Assembly: GCF_009914755.1 (NCBI RefSeq)
Contig: NC_060930.1
DNA from: the human T2T-CHM13v2.0 reference genome, Homo sapiens
DNA length: 64,000 nucleotides
Reading direction: 5' to 3' (one strand)
Below the pieces are notes generated by a model. That model saw only the letters and a program-made list of their open reading frames with translations, was not told where the DNA came from and did not search any database. Within the stretch, counting starts at the first letter, position 1, and each line of letters opens with the position of its first letter. Shown piece after piece: positions 1 through 12,748 of this stretch. The position numbers and the translations under genes are program-made.

Positions 1-1096
1 GCATGTCTGTGAAGATGTCAGCTAGACAAGGCCATGCAGTGCCTGTACAAGGAAGAAATCTATAAATGTCTGCTAAATAACTGAATGAGGCTCTGGATAC
101 CACCTAGGTTTGCTAGCCATAAAGAAAGGGTTGGACAGTTGACTCAAAGATAGCCACAAATAACGGACACCACTAATACAGGAAAAGGATACAACTTGGA
201 ACACAGTCAGCTGCTACTACATGAAGTGGGAGACATAGCACCCTTCTCCCTACTGGAAGGACGAATTTCTCTGGCCCTCATGCCCCACAGAGGCCCCCAT
301 TGAAGATGGTTCCACCTAACTGGGGTGAGGATTCCTTAGGGCATCAAGTCCTCTGAGGTTCCCATTGCAATTCTCATGACATGGTGTGTACTCTTTTGAC
401 CGTGCCTCAACGGTCCAGAAGATGGGCCACAGCCTGCCCGCCTCCAGGAAAGCAATGGTTAATGACCCCTGCACTTTTCTGGAGAATGGGAAGATTGAAA
501 GTTGGTTTTCCGGATCACTTTTCCTGGTGAGGGGGTAATCCTGGTGTAATCCCCCTAGAAGGCCCAAGATTTACACCTCCCTCACATCTAATACTATTAG
601 GTATTACCCTGCCCATCTGGGCCAAAGGAATTAAACACACAATACCAAGTCCCTTGAAAAGGGCCTATTTATCAAGGATGCAATGGACAACAAAAAAGAA
701 GAAAATACTGGCACTAATTTTTGCCATTCCTCCGATCTCCCACCTGTGACATGAAGGTGCCATGAACTCACTCCCTGAACATCTTTGATCCTCAGGGGTA
801 TAGGTGGTAATATACATGATGGGAAATTCTTCCACTGCTTGCTCCAGGGAATAGTGAAGGGTGCAAGTTAGTCTCCATGTGTTGTTATCTGAATAGGCAG
901 ACTTAAATGCATATTGTGGTAACTCTCTCTTGGGACTCAGAGTCGACGTTTTAAGGATCTTTCCTCTGACTCCCATTTTCCAGATGTGGGTCATGGAAGT
1001 TGCTCTATCAGAAAAGGATGCTTTCTTCTTACAAACTTATTTACTCTCAAGGTCCATTTGTTAGATTGGACACCCCTGCTTTATATAGTCTAGACG

Positions 1097-1258
1097 CCTG
1101 CTACTCAAAGTGGGCCCCCAGGCAGAAGCATCACCATTACCTAGGAACTTGTTAGAAATGCAGAATTCTGAGATCTACTTCAGACCTACTGAATCAGAAA
1201 CTGCCTTTTAAAAAGATCTCAGAGGATTAGCTTGCACATTAATATTTGACAAGCTATA
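1097..1258 (+). mobile_element. MER5A1-like hAT-Charlie MITE
   Basis: TGCTACTCAAAGTG...GGAACTTGTTAGAAATGCAGAAT...CAGACCTACTGAATCAGAAACTGC...TGCACATTAA matches the recalled MER5A1 consensus. Confidence 0.85.
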
Positions 1259-2271
1259 GGTTTAGAGGATCCAAGTTCGGTAATATGAGAAATTAGAATA
1301 TCCTGGTCATCAAGAGTGACCAAAACAGCTCATTAACTTTTGTTTCTTTACTAGATTTCCTGTCGAGGAAGCACATAAATATGTTTCCCCATCCTCACCT
1401 TTCAAGACAAAATAAACACAATCAGAAGTTTCTGAAGCCCTCTGTGCAAGTAAATAAGCAGAAATTAGGTTTGCAGTTTGAGGATGTGAATTGGATATCC
1501 AGATTTATCTTTTCTGATTCAAATATATCAAATGTGTGTGTCTAAAATCCTTCTGAGGTTACCAAGCGGTTTTTAAAAAACCATGGTAGATTCTCTCGAA
1601 AAGAAAAAGAACATGTTCTTGGTTAAACAACTAAAATCAATGGAATGATTGAAAACAAATAAAGTGATCTTTTTGGCTCCAGATATACTTACAGGGTTTG
1701 AGATGTGGGTCATCAACTGCTGAGAAGCCAAGATCAACCAATTAAAATATGAGTGAATAAACAAGGAAAATAAGTAGGCACCAGGCTGAGTGCCACTACA
1801 AAGTAAAAGAGGTAGGAGGGTGAACACTACAAGACGCAAAGTGTCAAACACTGAGTGGATTGACAAGAAAAGTGGGTTCCATGTGGGTTGATTTTCCAAG
1901 TGGGTTTAAGGCTGAGATCTTGCTATACTGACAAAGAATCAAGGTGACTAAAATTCTAAAGAAACTGGAAGCAAGCATTAGCATCTTAAAGTTTGTGCTT
2001 TCCACAACTTACTCTAGATTTACATACCAGGAAGACTGGAAGAGTTTGGAGTTTCGTTCTGATACTGAGGTTCTGATACTGAATAAGTTGCCGTGTTGCC
2101 ACCAGAAGAAAACCTTCCCTTTTAAAAGTCATTTTTCTCACACAGAATAATGTCAAACCTAAAGACATTCACATAAATGTCAGTGTTGTCAAGAAAATTT
2201 CTTAAAAGATGGGAATACCTTTGTGATTTTTGTGTTTTGGTGAATCTGTTGTTAAGAATGTGCCTTAAAAT

Positions 2272-2590
2272 GGCCAGATGCGGTGGCTCACACCTGTAAT
2301 CCCAGCACTTTGGGGGCTGAGGTGGGTGAATTGTTTGAGATCAGGAGGTCGAAACCAGCCTGGGCAACATAGTGAAAACCCCATCTTCACCAAAAATATA
2401 GAAATTTAGCCGGACATGATGGCATGTGCCATTAGTCCCAGCTACTCAGAAGGCTGGAGAGAATTGCTTAGGCTGGAGAGAATTGCTTGGGCTTGGGACA
2501 TGGAGGTTGCAATGAGCCGAGATCGCACCACTGCACTCCAGCCTGGGTGTCAGAATGAGGCCCCGTCTCAAAAAAAAAAAACAAAAAAAA
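2272..2590 (+). mobile_element. Alu (AluJ-like) with internal 19-bp tandem duplication
   Basis: Dimeric Alu, CCTGGGCAACATAG diagnostic, A tail 2570-2590. AGGCTGGAGAGAATTGCTT occurs at 2451-2469 and 2470-2488. Confidence 0.95.
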
Positions 2591-3481
2591 GCCTTAAAGA
2601 ATATAAAAATCTTTCAAAATTCTGGATTGAGAATGATTTTTACAATCTATTCACTTTTGGGAGAAAGGAATTGAGGCCTCATAAAAATTTAGGTTTGTAT
2701 AGCTAAAGTTAGCTTCGAAATAAAAGCTGATGTTTGGGAGTTTTGTGACCTATAGCTTTGATGTGCAATTACCACTTTCTCTTCTGGACCTTCTACTGAT
2801 CTTTATAAGAAAGGTACTCACTGAAGCAGTAGAAACTGCAGCACTAACAGGTCACTTTGATTGAATAGGTGTTTTTATTTTAATTCAATAAGTAAATTAA
2901 GATCAGAATTTTTGCTGTGAGCAATGTTTATCTTACTACAATGTGGTGCCATAGGTTATGTGTGAGATCTCCTGCTTCTTTTAAAAAAGGGTATTTCCTT
3001 ACAAAGCCCCATTAAAAATATTTTTTCTTTTCCTGACCTTTGCACTCATTCCATGGCTAAAATAGAATTCCATAACTGAATAAATATAACACATTTCAAA
3101 CAACTTTGAACTATAATTATTAATATTATCTCTTAGTTCCACAGATGATTAATCTTGCTTTGAATCATGGTGACCTGGGATTTTTTTTTTTCTTCAATTA
3201 AATTAACTAAATGTTTTATAGGCTTTACAATCAGAAAAACACTAGCATACAAGTACAGATTACATATATTGCCCTAAAAGTGCACAACATTTACCTGTAT
3301 GTCAAAATTTCTTTGAGGAAATAGTTACTGGAGCCTAGAAGTTTCTGGTATTTATGATTCTCAACCTTTGAGGAACAGGTATTTATAGCCATTGGAGTCA
3401 TTCGTTTACTTTTGGTGAAAATAACTGGAAACTCTTCGATAATTTTGTGATCTAGGGTCATGGTCCTCAGATTTCAGTGTG

Positions 3482-3780
3482 TGTATCAGTCAGGGTCCAA
3501 GTTGGAGACAGAATCAACACAGTAATTAGAACATAGAAAGTTTAATATAAAGGATTATTAACTACTGATGGGCCATCACTACGAACAGTTAAAAAGAATT
3601 CAAAAGAAAACAATATAGGGAACAGCCACTCTTGCTAGGGTTGAGGTAGAGTAGAGTCCATAGGGAACAAACAATTTGAAAGATACTCCCTTCCCCACTA
3701 TCACCACAGCTGAGGCCTCTTTGAGAGGACATAATTGAGGTCTGCTGGATGGTGGAGATGGTCACTGAGGTGCCACAGCT
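3482..3780 (-). mobile_element. Ancient ERVL-type LTR fragment
   Basis: Begins TGTATCAGTCAGGGTCC...GAGACAGAA...AAAGTTTAATATAAAG, the reverse complement of an LTR 3' end (...CCCTGACTGATACA). Subfamily uncertain. Confidence 0.55.
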
Positions 3781-5235
3781 GAGGGAGTGGGCTGAGTGTT
3801 TTAGGCAAGAGCATCTGCAAAGACCTTGAGGCAGCTTAAGAACTTACATTCATATAAGCATTAGAGAACATTTAGACTGCTTCAATGACATCTAGTTTTT
3901 AAGGGGAGCTTTTATAGATGTTGCAATAATAGGAAAAATGTCTTACATTTGTGTAAAACTTTACACAGAAGGTTTCGTATGTTTTCTCATTCAAAACTGA
4001 CAGGCCTAGATACTTTGATATGCTCTCTCCCATGATGTCCTAGGGATTAAGGCCAAATTTCTCAGAATGACTTACATGCTTTCAGAGCATGGATCCAACA
4101 TATTTCTCTGGAATCATTTCTCATCCATTCTTACGCTCTAGTTTCTAAAAGCTATAAGAGACACTCTTCCTCGATCTCCATTTAACTCCCTTATTGGATT
4201 TAAGAGATTCCCCGTTCTTTCTGTAAAACATACTAACGGATGTCTACAGCCTGCAAAATATACTCAGCTAGCAGGACACTCTCCAGTATGTCCTAAACTT
4301 CTGCTTACACCAGTTGGAGTTATATGCTTAAAAGAATGAGGGGTGTGAGTGTGTGTGTGTTTCCAAATCCGTTTATTTTTGTTAAACCTATTATAATTCC
4401 ATAATTAAAGGAAATATAAAGCACTAAAATATTTGTGCAAAAAGAGACTATTATATGAGATAAAACTGAGAATTTCTGGTTCCAGCAAACTTACAAAACA
4501 ATCAGAAAATTCTCCTTCTTATAGCTTTTATATATACTGGATGAAATACAATAAAAATTTTTAGAAATGTATAACTGTTTAGGAGAAAATGGAAACCTCC
4601 AGTTCCTGGGGATAAAGAGGAAACTATAAATTAAAGAAGTATGAATCTGAGCTGATGGCAAGCCTTCCCTGGAGACTGGGGCAGGAGAGCTTTAATGCTT
4701 GCAAGGGAGAAGAAAGGAGGACTGGTCCTATATACGCAGTGGGTTTGAAATAAAACCCTTGTATAATGCCTGGATTTTGAAAGACAGCACCTTCTGTGTA
4801 AAGGTGGACTAAAAAACAGTCCACACACTCACACAGGAGATGACACGAAAGCTTATGTGTTTGTGGGTGAAGAAAAAAGAACATAAAAATTTCTGAGAAC
4901 CTGAAACCCAAGGTTTGAAATTACAATATCCACATAGTCTGGCACCCTTAAGCCAGGAAGTTCAATAAAAATTGTGAGCTGATGATGTCCCTAGGATACT
5001 GTACAGAAGCAAATGTAGAATCACTCTGGAGGACCATATCTTCACCCCTGCAGCAGAGGATTTCAACAGAATAAAACTTGCTAAAGATGAGCTCACAATC
5101 CACGGTTACAATACAAATGAGGAAACAACATATCACAATTGAGAGCCACCTAGCACAATAAATAGAATTAATTTCCCAAACTTTCAGATAATAGAAAGCT
5201 ACAATGGAAATAATAAAATAACTATATACATTTAA

Positions 5236-5610
<375 letters not shown>

Positions 5611-5711
5611 GTAAGATACAATGAAAAGATCAGACATTTGCAAATGAATCAAGTAGAAATGGCCACTATAATCATTGTTAAAAAAACAAAAACAAAGCCA
5701 ATGGTTGAATT

Positions 5712-6430
5712 CCTGGGTTATCTATAGCTGTGTCAGATATCAAACCCCTAACAGGCAACTTCTGCTTTCTTTTGCCATTTTTATGTGCTTTATATGGTAT
5801 GACTGACTACAACAGCAGTGTAAAGATTATTCCAAATATATTATGCTATTGAGGTTTGAAAAGCTTAGTTCCGTAGCTGCTAGGAGTCACACATCACAGG
5901 GTGTGTGCTAGCTGTGGAAGAGAGAAATACCTTCCCTCTCATGGAGTGCAGTAGCATTGGAATAACTGAAGAGATTCATGATCACACAGGTTGTACCATG
6001 GCTAGTATCACTGTGATGCTAAGACTTTAATTGATGAAGACATAGTAGAGACCCAAGACTATTGGTTTGCCTACAATGAAATAATGACAGTGGAGAGTTT
6101 GACCTGTGCTATGTCCAAACTAGCTCTGCAATTTGAAACATGATTGAAGCTCCAAGTGCTAAATCTCATCCTGTTGTAGTATTGTTGTTTGGAGAAGTTT
6201 TTGAGAAAGAACCCCAGATGTTTTACATGGAGACTTCAGGGATTCTGGTACAATGCAATGTTCAAGCATTTCCTTAGAACATACACAGAATTTCTTTTAA
6301 AAGTTGACTGTAAGTTTATAGCACTGAATGAAGTGTCACATATTTACTTGCCATTCTCAAAGGACATTGGCCAAGAAGTTAAATGTAAATTATGTAAGTT
6401 AGCTATGGTGCTGAGGCAAGAAATTTCAAA
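5712..6430 (+). pseudogene. PSMA5-like: Degraded processed pseudogene of proteasome 20S subunit alpha-5 (parent gene PSMA5)
   Basis: 6015-6134 translates as [40 protein letters not shown], versus recalled PSMA5 [40 protein letters not shown] (29/40 identical). Flanking frames give YAIE, TSQGVC..AVEERNTFPLMECSSI, LLFGEVFEKEPQMFYMETSGILVQC and KLAMV. Collinear, intronless, with frameshifts and stops. The start codon is decayed (GCCATTTTT at 5774-5782). Confidence 0.9.
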
Positions 6431-7203
6431 TAAAAATATAAATGAGAAATTTAGAAATATTGAAGATAAAATTAGAAGGTCTAAGATAGATCTAGTAAGA
6501 GTTCCAGAAAGAGAAAAAAGGGAGAATAATGAAGAGGCAATCCTTAAAGATATAATGGCTGAGGATTTTCCAAAATTTACATCAATTTATCCTGTTTCTT
6601 ATATGAAGAATATGAGTTGGAAGCACAATGAATATAAAAAAGAATAAATAATATAGAAATAAATCCACAAGCAGACACGTTACAATGAAACTAAACAACA
6701 AAGAAAACAAGGAGATTTTATAAGCAACTAAAGAGAAAAGTCAACTTACAAAAGGAATAGACCATCAAATGAATGGCAGACTTTTCAATATAAACAACTG
6801 AAGCCTGAAGCCAGTAGAATGATATACGAAATAATGAAAGAAAATATTTGTGATCTAGAATTACAAGGCTAAATTATCATTCAAGGGTGAGGACACAGAC
6901 ATTTTTAGAAAAACAAGATGGGGTTAGTCTACCATTCACAGAACTTCCCCACAGGAACTTATGAAGAATTATACTTCAGCAAGAGGGAAACTCAACTCAA
7001 AGGAAGAAGCGGGAAATAAAAAAAAATTGGTGACCCAATAAATTACTAAAATATGAATAAATGTAAACAAACTTAGACAGTATAAAACAATAATGGTGTT
7101 GAAGATAAAATGTGGAGGGAGTTTAAAAACAAGATAGAATTTGAATACTGGACAAAAAAATGTAAGACTGAAGAAGGTATGAGAGTTAAACTGTTTCAAG
7201 TTA

Positions 7204-7500
7204 GGCCAGGTGCAGTGGCCCATGCCTGTAATCCTAGCACTTTGGGAGGCTGAGGCAGGCAAATTACTTGAGCCCAGGAGTTCGAGACCAGCCTGGGCAA
7301 CCTGGCAAAACTCCATCTCTACAAAAAATACAAAAATTAGCCAAGCATAGTGGCATGCACCTGTAGTCCCTGCTACTCAGGAAGCTGAAGTGGGAGGATC
7401 ACCTGAGCCTGGGAGGTCGAGGCTGTGGTGAGCCATGATTGTACCACTGCGCTCCAGCCTGGGAGAGAGAGATCCTGTCTAAAAAAAAAAAAAAAAAAAA
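7204..7500 (+). mobile_element. AluJ-like
   Basis: TTGAGCCCAGGAGTTCGAGACCAGCCTGGGCAAC and GAGGCTGTGGTGAGCCATGAT; A20 tail. Confidence 0.95.
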
Positions 7501-7501
7501 T

Positions 7502-7830
<329 letters not shown>

Positions 7831-8094
7831 ATTCCAAGTTGCTTGCTATGTTTTGGAAAAGTTAAGAAATATTGATTAATTTTATAATTTGTTAAGTCCA
7901 ATATATGTTAAGGAATTTAAATGTAATCATTAAAAATAGCAACAGATGGTATAGTTTCCAAACCAATACAATGAATAAAACAAGTAACTAATTTGGCAGA
8001 AATTAGGAAAGGGAAAAAAAGGAAGTTTTTTGCAAATGTCAAGGCACTACATGGTTGTTCTCCCTTAATACTGTAGTAATTTTTATATATTAAA

Positions 8095-8250
8095 TATTCC
8101 TATGAGATAATCATATTTGATCATTGTTATATATTTTATGCTCATCTCTATTCAAAAGTGAGAATAACCTATATTTTTTTATTCACATACTCCTCTAATT
8201 TTGCTATCAAAATTTTATTAATCTCAAAAAATAGTTGGGGAGCTTACCCC
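8095..8250 (-). mobile_element. Inverted L1 ORF2 (RT) fragment
   Basis: Minus strand reads LPN.FFE..KILIAK, YRLFSLLNRD and NMIIS, matching L1 ORF2 LPNSFYEASITLIPK, YRPISLMNID and HMIISID. Confidence 0.7.
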
Positions 8251-8314
8251 CTCTTTTTATGATGTTGGGTATATACAACAAATCAAATTGAATCAAATTG
8301 AATTGAATTGGTAA

Positions 8315-9960
8315 AGTCTCTTAGCAAATTTTTGAATAGAATAAAACTTCTTTAATCTGATAAAAGTATTTAACAAAAATATACAGTGAATATTATACCT
8401 ATCAGAGAAGAATTCTGGGTAAGAACAAGACAAAAATACTTTCTATTCTTGCTCATATTAAGCATTGTATTAGAAGTCTTAGTGCAATAAGAGAAAAAAA
8501 GATTGATTGCATGTGTCATCATTAGCAAATTATGAGTGTCTATACAGAAAATACAAGACTTGACAAACCATTAGAATTTATCAACAAGGCAAGCAATACT
8601 TCTTGCTTTGTCAACAGTATCAAAACATCCAAAGTGGTCCCTTTATCCCAGCAGGGAATAATTAGAAAATATAATTTCAAAAATATATTATTTATAATAG
8701 CAAGAAACATTCTAAGTTACCTAAGAATAAATCCAACAAAAGTTGTATGTAAAACTTTTAGGAAGAAAATAATAAATTTCATTAAAAGACAGAAAAGGGA
8801 CACAAATGCATGGAGAACCATATGTTTCTCGATAAATAGATTTGGTAACATAAATTATTATCTAATTAATATTTGTATTCAATATGAATAAAGTCAAAAT
8901 TTAAGCAGGATTTTTCAGGGAACTTGATAATCTGACTCAGAAACTTACACAGAGGGCAAATGGACAAAGACAGTCAAGATAATTTTGAAGAAGAATAAGT
9001 AGGGGGAGTGATCTTATCTGCTAGCAATATTTATTATAAAGCTCTAGTAATGGAAGGAGTGGTATTGATGTACTGATAGACGAATTAGACCATTAGACCT
9101 AGAAACAGAATCAAGTACATATGGGAGTTTGATCATTGACACCAGCAGCATTACAAACAAGTAAGAAAATATTAATTTTGAAACAATGATGCTGAGACAA
9201 CTGAATGTCTACATGAAAAAAAATTTTATATACCACATACATGCACACACATGCATGCACACACATGCATGCACACACACGGATTAAAGACCGAAATGAG
9301 AAAAGCAAATATTAAACACATCAAGAAAAACATGTAGAAAGGGAGCTGCATAATTTTGGTGTAGAAAAGAGTTTCTTGAATAAGACACAAAAAATACAAG
9401 CCAAAAAAGAAAAGATAGTTAAAATTGGTTACATCAAAATGTTTAAAAAAAAAAAGAGAGAGAGAGAGAAGTCAACATACTGTCTAGAGAATGTATTTGC
9501 AATACACATAAAGATTAAGAACTCTTATAACTCAATAAGTAAAAGACAGAAAATAACTATGAGAAATATGGAGGAAAAATATAAACACATCATTCACAGC
9601 AAGTGAAACCTGACTGACTAATAAACACATAAGAAATGTCCAACCTTCCTAATTATCTGAGAAATTTAAGTTAAAACAACAAGAAGATACCATTCTGTTA
9701 CTACAAAGATTATCAAATTTAAAAAGTTGAATAACTCCAAGTGTTAGTGAGGTTGTGGGAACATTGCTGGTGGGACCATAAAAAGCATGTCTACTTTGAA
9801 GAACTATTTGGACTTGTGCAGACCCTATGATCCAGCAATTCCACTTGTACATACTTACTTGGGTCACTGCATTGCACAAACCTTGGAACTGTGCAATGAA
9901 CAGCCATTTGTATCCTAAAGAAACTCTCATCAACGTGCACAAAGAGACCATTCTAAAAAA
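8315..9960 (+). mobile_element. Ancient L1M ORF2 (RT to 3' end), decayed
   Basis: Remnants of LSK.GIE.NF.NLIK and RTRQ...LL.IVLEVL; MSVYTEN...KPLEFINK corresponds to FADDMIVYLENP..KLLELIN. TATGATCCAGCAATTCCACT motif near 9826. Confidence 0.88.
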
Positions 9961-10542
9961 CCAGAGGACAAACTTGGGATTTGGGGTTCATATTAATTCG
10001 AGATTGTCTTTCTGGCCCCACTCTAGTTTCAAGAAGCTGAAACTGGAAATTGTAGACATATTTTGATATTTATGTAAGAAATACATTGTATGACTCCTAT
10101 CAGAAGACACATGCTGAGGAAAAAAAATTTTTTGCCCTATATTGAAAAATTGAAGCGTAAATATACATTGTTATATTTATGAAATAATGTAATGTTCTGA
10201 ACAAAACAAAATGCAATTTTCCCTTATTTTACAAAGTAGTTGCATTCCTGGAAAATTCAAAAATATTCCTCGGTATTAGAATTGTGCCAAAAACATAAGA
10301 AAACATAACATATTCTTTGTGGTTTATATGTAAAACCGAATTAGCCTCTAGGCTCAGATAATTATAAACAGATTTCTTACCTCCTAAATGCCTGGCATGA
10401 CACTTGACATTTAAAAGTCGTGTGGAAAACAGGACAACTCTTTGTGTGGGGCACTGACCCTGGGTGAGGATGGTTAGCTGCCTTGACCTCTACCCACTAA
10501 ATACCTGTTGTGCCCCAGTCACTGAGATAACAGTGAAAGTCC

Positions 10543-10663
10543 CATATTTGTCAGGGTTTCCTAGAGGGATAGAACTAATAGGAGATATATATATACATAT
10601 ACACACACACACACATATATATATATATATGGGGTTTATTACAATATATATATGGGGGTTATG

Positions 10664-10721
<58 letters not shown>

Positions 10722-11100
10722 GGGTTTATTAAGTATTAACTTAAATGATCACAAGGTCCCACAATAGGCTGTCTGCAAGCTGGAGGAGCAAGGAGAGCCA
10801 GTCCGAGTCTCAAAACTGAAGAACTTGGGGCTCGATGTTTGACGGCAGGAAGCATCCAGCGTGGGAGAAAGATGTAGGCTGGGAGGCTAGGCCAGTCTCA
10901 CCTTTTCACGTTTTTCTGCCTGCTTTATATTTGCTGGCAGCTGATTAGATGGTGCCCACCAGATTAAGGGTGGGTGGGCCTTCCCCAGCCCACTGACTCC
11001 AATGTTAATCTCCTTTGGCAACACCCTCACAGACACACCCAGGATCAATACTTTGTATCCTTCAATCCAATCAAGTTGACATTCAATATTAACCATCACA
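10543..11100 (-). mobile_element. MLT2A1-like solo LTR (HERV-L)
   Basis: GTCAGGGTTTCCTAGAGGGATAGAACTAATAGGA...CAATCCAATCAAGTTGACA.TCAATATTAACCATCACA. 5-bp TSD AGTCC (10538-10542) / AGCCC (11101-11105). Confidence 0.93.
10584..10730. repeat. Compound (TA)n/(CA)n microsatellite including uninterrupted (TA)27
   Basis: Pure TA run at 10665-10718, and three (TA)nTGGGG(G)TT modules. Confidence 0.97.
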
Positions 11101-12609
11101 AGCCCCTTAGGGGATGAAAACCATTGTTCAATCTGCACCCAACTCAGACATGTTCTCCTTCCTGAAGAACTCTTTATTATTGGCCATTTCCTTTCGCACC
11201 CCGAAATGCACGTGACCACTGTAGCTTTTATCCCATTGTATAGCAATGAACATTTTACATATCTGTTCTCTCCTCCAAACCACGTCCTCCCAGAAGACTA
11301 GAGCCTCAGGCTATTTTTTGTACTAAGAGCCTGGAAGTGCTCAATGTTTGGTGTATGAAACATAATTTAATGTGAGCCAACCTTTTAAGTTTGAGTTTCT
11401 AGCATATTACTGGACTGCATACTGCTTGTCTTCCCCTGCCACTTCCCAGTGAAAGTTTTTATCTATAAAAAGCTGAAAAAAAAGGGGAGGCCCTTTAGCA
11501 GAAATCATCTTCAGTTTTCAAAAGCCTGTGATATACTGCTGGCAGCTCAGATAAGTCTCTATTTACTGAGTATCTTCATCTACAGAGAAATTAGGGTAAA
11601 GAGGGCTGTAACTCCTGTTAGGAAAATATGTAAATGTATCCTGCCAGCATTTAAGAAGGCCTGAATTTTGCATGCAAGACCTGAATTTTGCATACATTCT
11701 TTACTTCTCTGTAAGGCAGGGACTCTAAATTACCCTCCTTCTTTTGGCTACCTCTTTGTCAAGCAACTCTGTTTTGGCCAATTCTGGTCCAATATTCATG
11801 ATAAAGATACACATTGTGGGTCTAGATGAGACTTCACATCCTAAGGTACATGGATTGATGGGGTGGCCTTATGAACTGAAATAAGATTTTTCACAATTTG
11901 TAAATCATAAGTGGCATTAATTGAACTCAAAAAAGAAATCAAGGGGATTCATGAGTAGATTTATAAATTTTCTTCTTTCTGCATTTAAATTATACTGGCA
12001 TTTTAATTGCATTGTAATTGCACTTTAATTGCATGTATTTGTATAAATTAAAAAATAATTAGAGCTCTGCAGCGCTATGGAAAACTAATTTATGCATATA
12101 GACCTTTAAAGATGTACACTTGGAGACTGATTTTATAGTTCTCACTATGATAGGCAGTTTAAAATTGTCCTCATGAAAAGGTGTATAGCTATCTAGATCG
12201 CTGTGCCTTCCCACTCCTTTCTGGGACTGAGAAAGCAAGACAGACAGAGCTGGAGCTTGAATGGAGAGCATTGCTTGGTATGCATGGGACTCCTGGCTTG
12301 CATAGTCTTTTAAATATTAATTTTTTATATCTGTATATATTTTCTAGCTTAGCCCTAGGAAGTTTCTTGGCTCTGATTGCACGTGGGTGGGAAGGATAGA
12401 GGATGAGTCACTGCATTAGGGCCACCGATGAATTTTGAAGAGTATTTCTGACACAGGTTATCATGGCAAAGTGTATGTGTATGTAGGGGCCATTCATTCA
12501 ACAAACATTTATTGAAGGCCTATTGGGTGTCTGGCACCTCTGAGATATGGCCCCACCCTGTTTCATAGGTCATTTGTCCAAAAGCTATTTGAATTTTCCA
12601 GCCTTCATT

Positions 12610-12748
12610 GTTAAATGTTTAAATTTTTTTTAGAGACAGGATCTTGCTGTGTTGCCCAGGCTGGTCTTAAATTCCTGGCCTCAAGCAATCCTCCTGCCTC
12701 AGCCTCCCATAGCACTGGGATTACAGGCATGAGTCACCACACTCGGCC
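12610..12748 (-). mobile_element. FLAM (free left Alu monomer)
   Basis: Single monomer; TSD CAGCCTTCATT at 12599-12609 and 12749-12759. Confidence 0.9.

Larger units (their letters stand above)
10200..11126 (-). mobile_element. MER20B-like hAT element split by the MLT2A LTR
   Basis: AAAGTAGTTGCATTCCTGGAAAATTC and CTAGGCTCAGATAATTATAAACAG motifs. It resumes after the LTR with CCCCTTAGGGG...GAAAACCATTG. Confidence 0.7.

Noticed and set aside
316-994. Two minus-strand ORFs (83 and 109 aa), considered as an ERV or pseudogene remnant
   Set aside because: Translations I examined on both strands showed no recognisable domain or retroviral motif; lengths are compatible with chance.
10584-10730. Repeat-spacer-like pattern resembling a CRISPR array
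   Set aside because: The spacers are TA microsatellite inside a HERV-L LTR; eukaryotic context with no cas genes.
11660-11693. Duplicated CCTGAATTTTGCAT (period 20), octamer-like
   Set aside because: Simple local duplication; the motif is ATGCAAAA rather than canonical ATGCAAAT.
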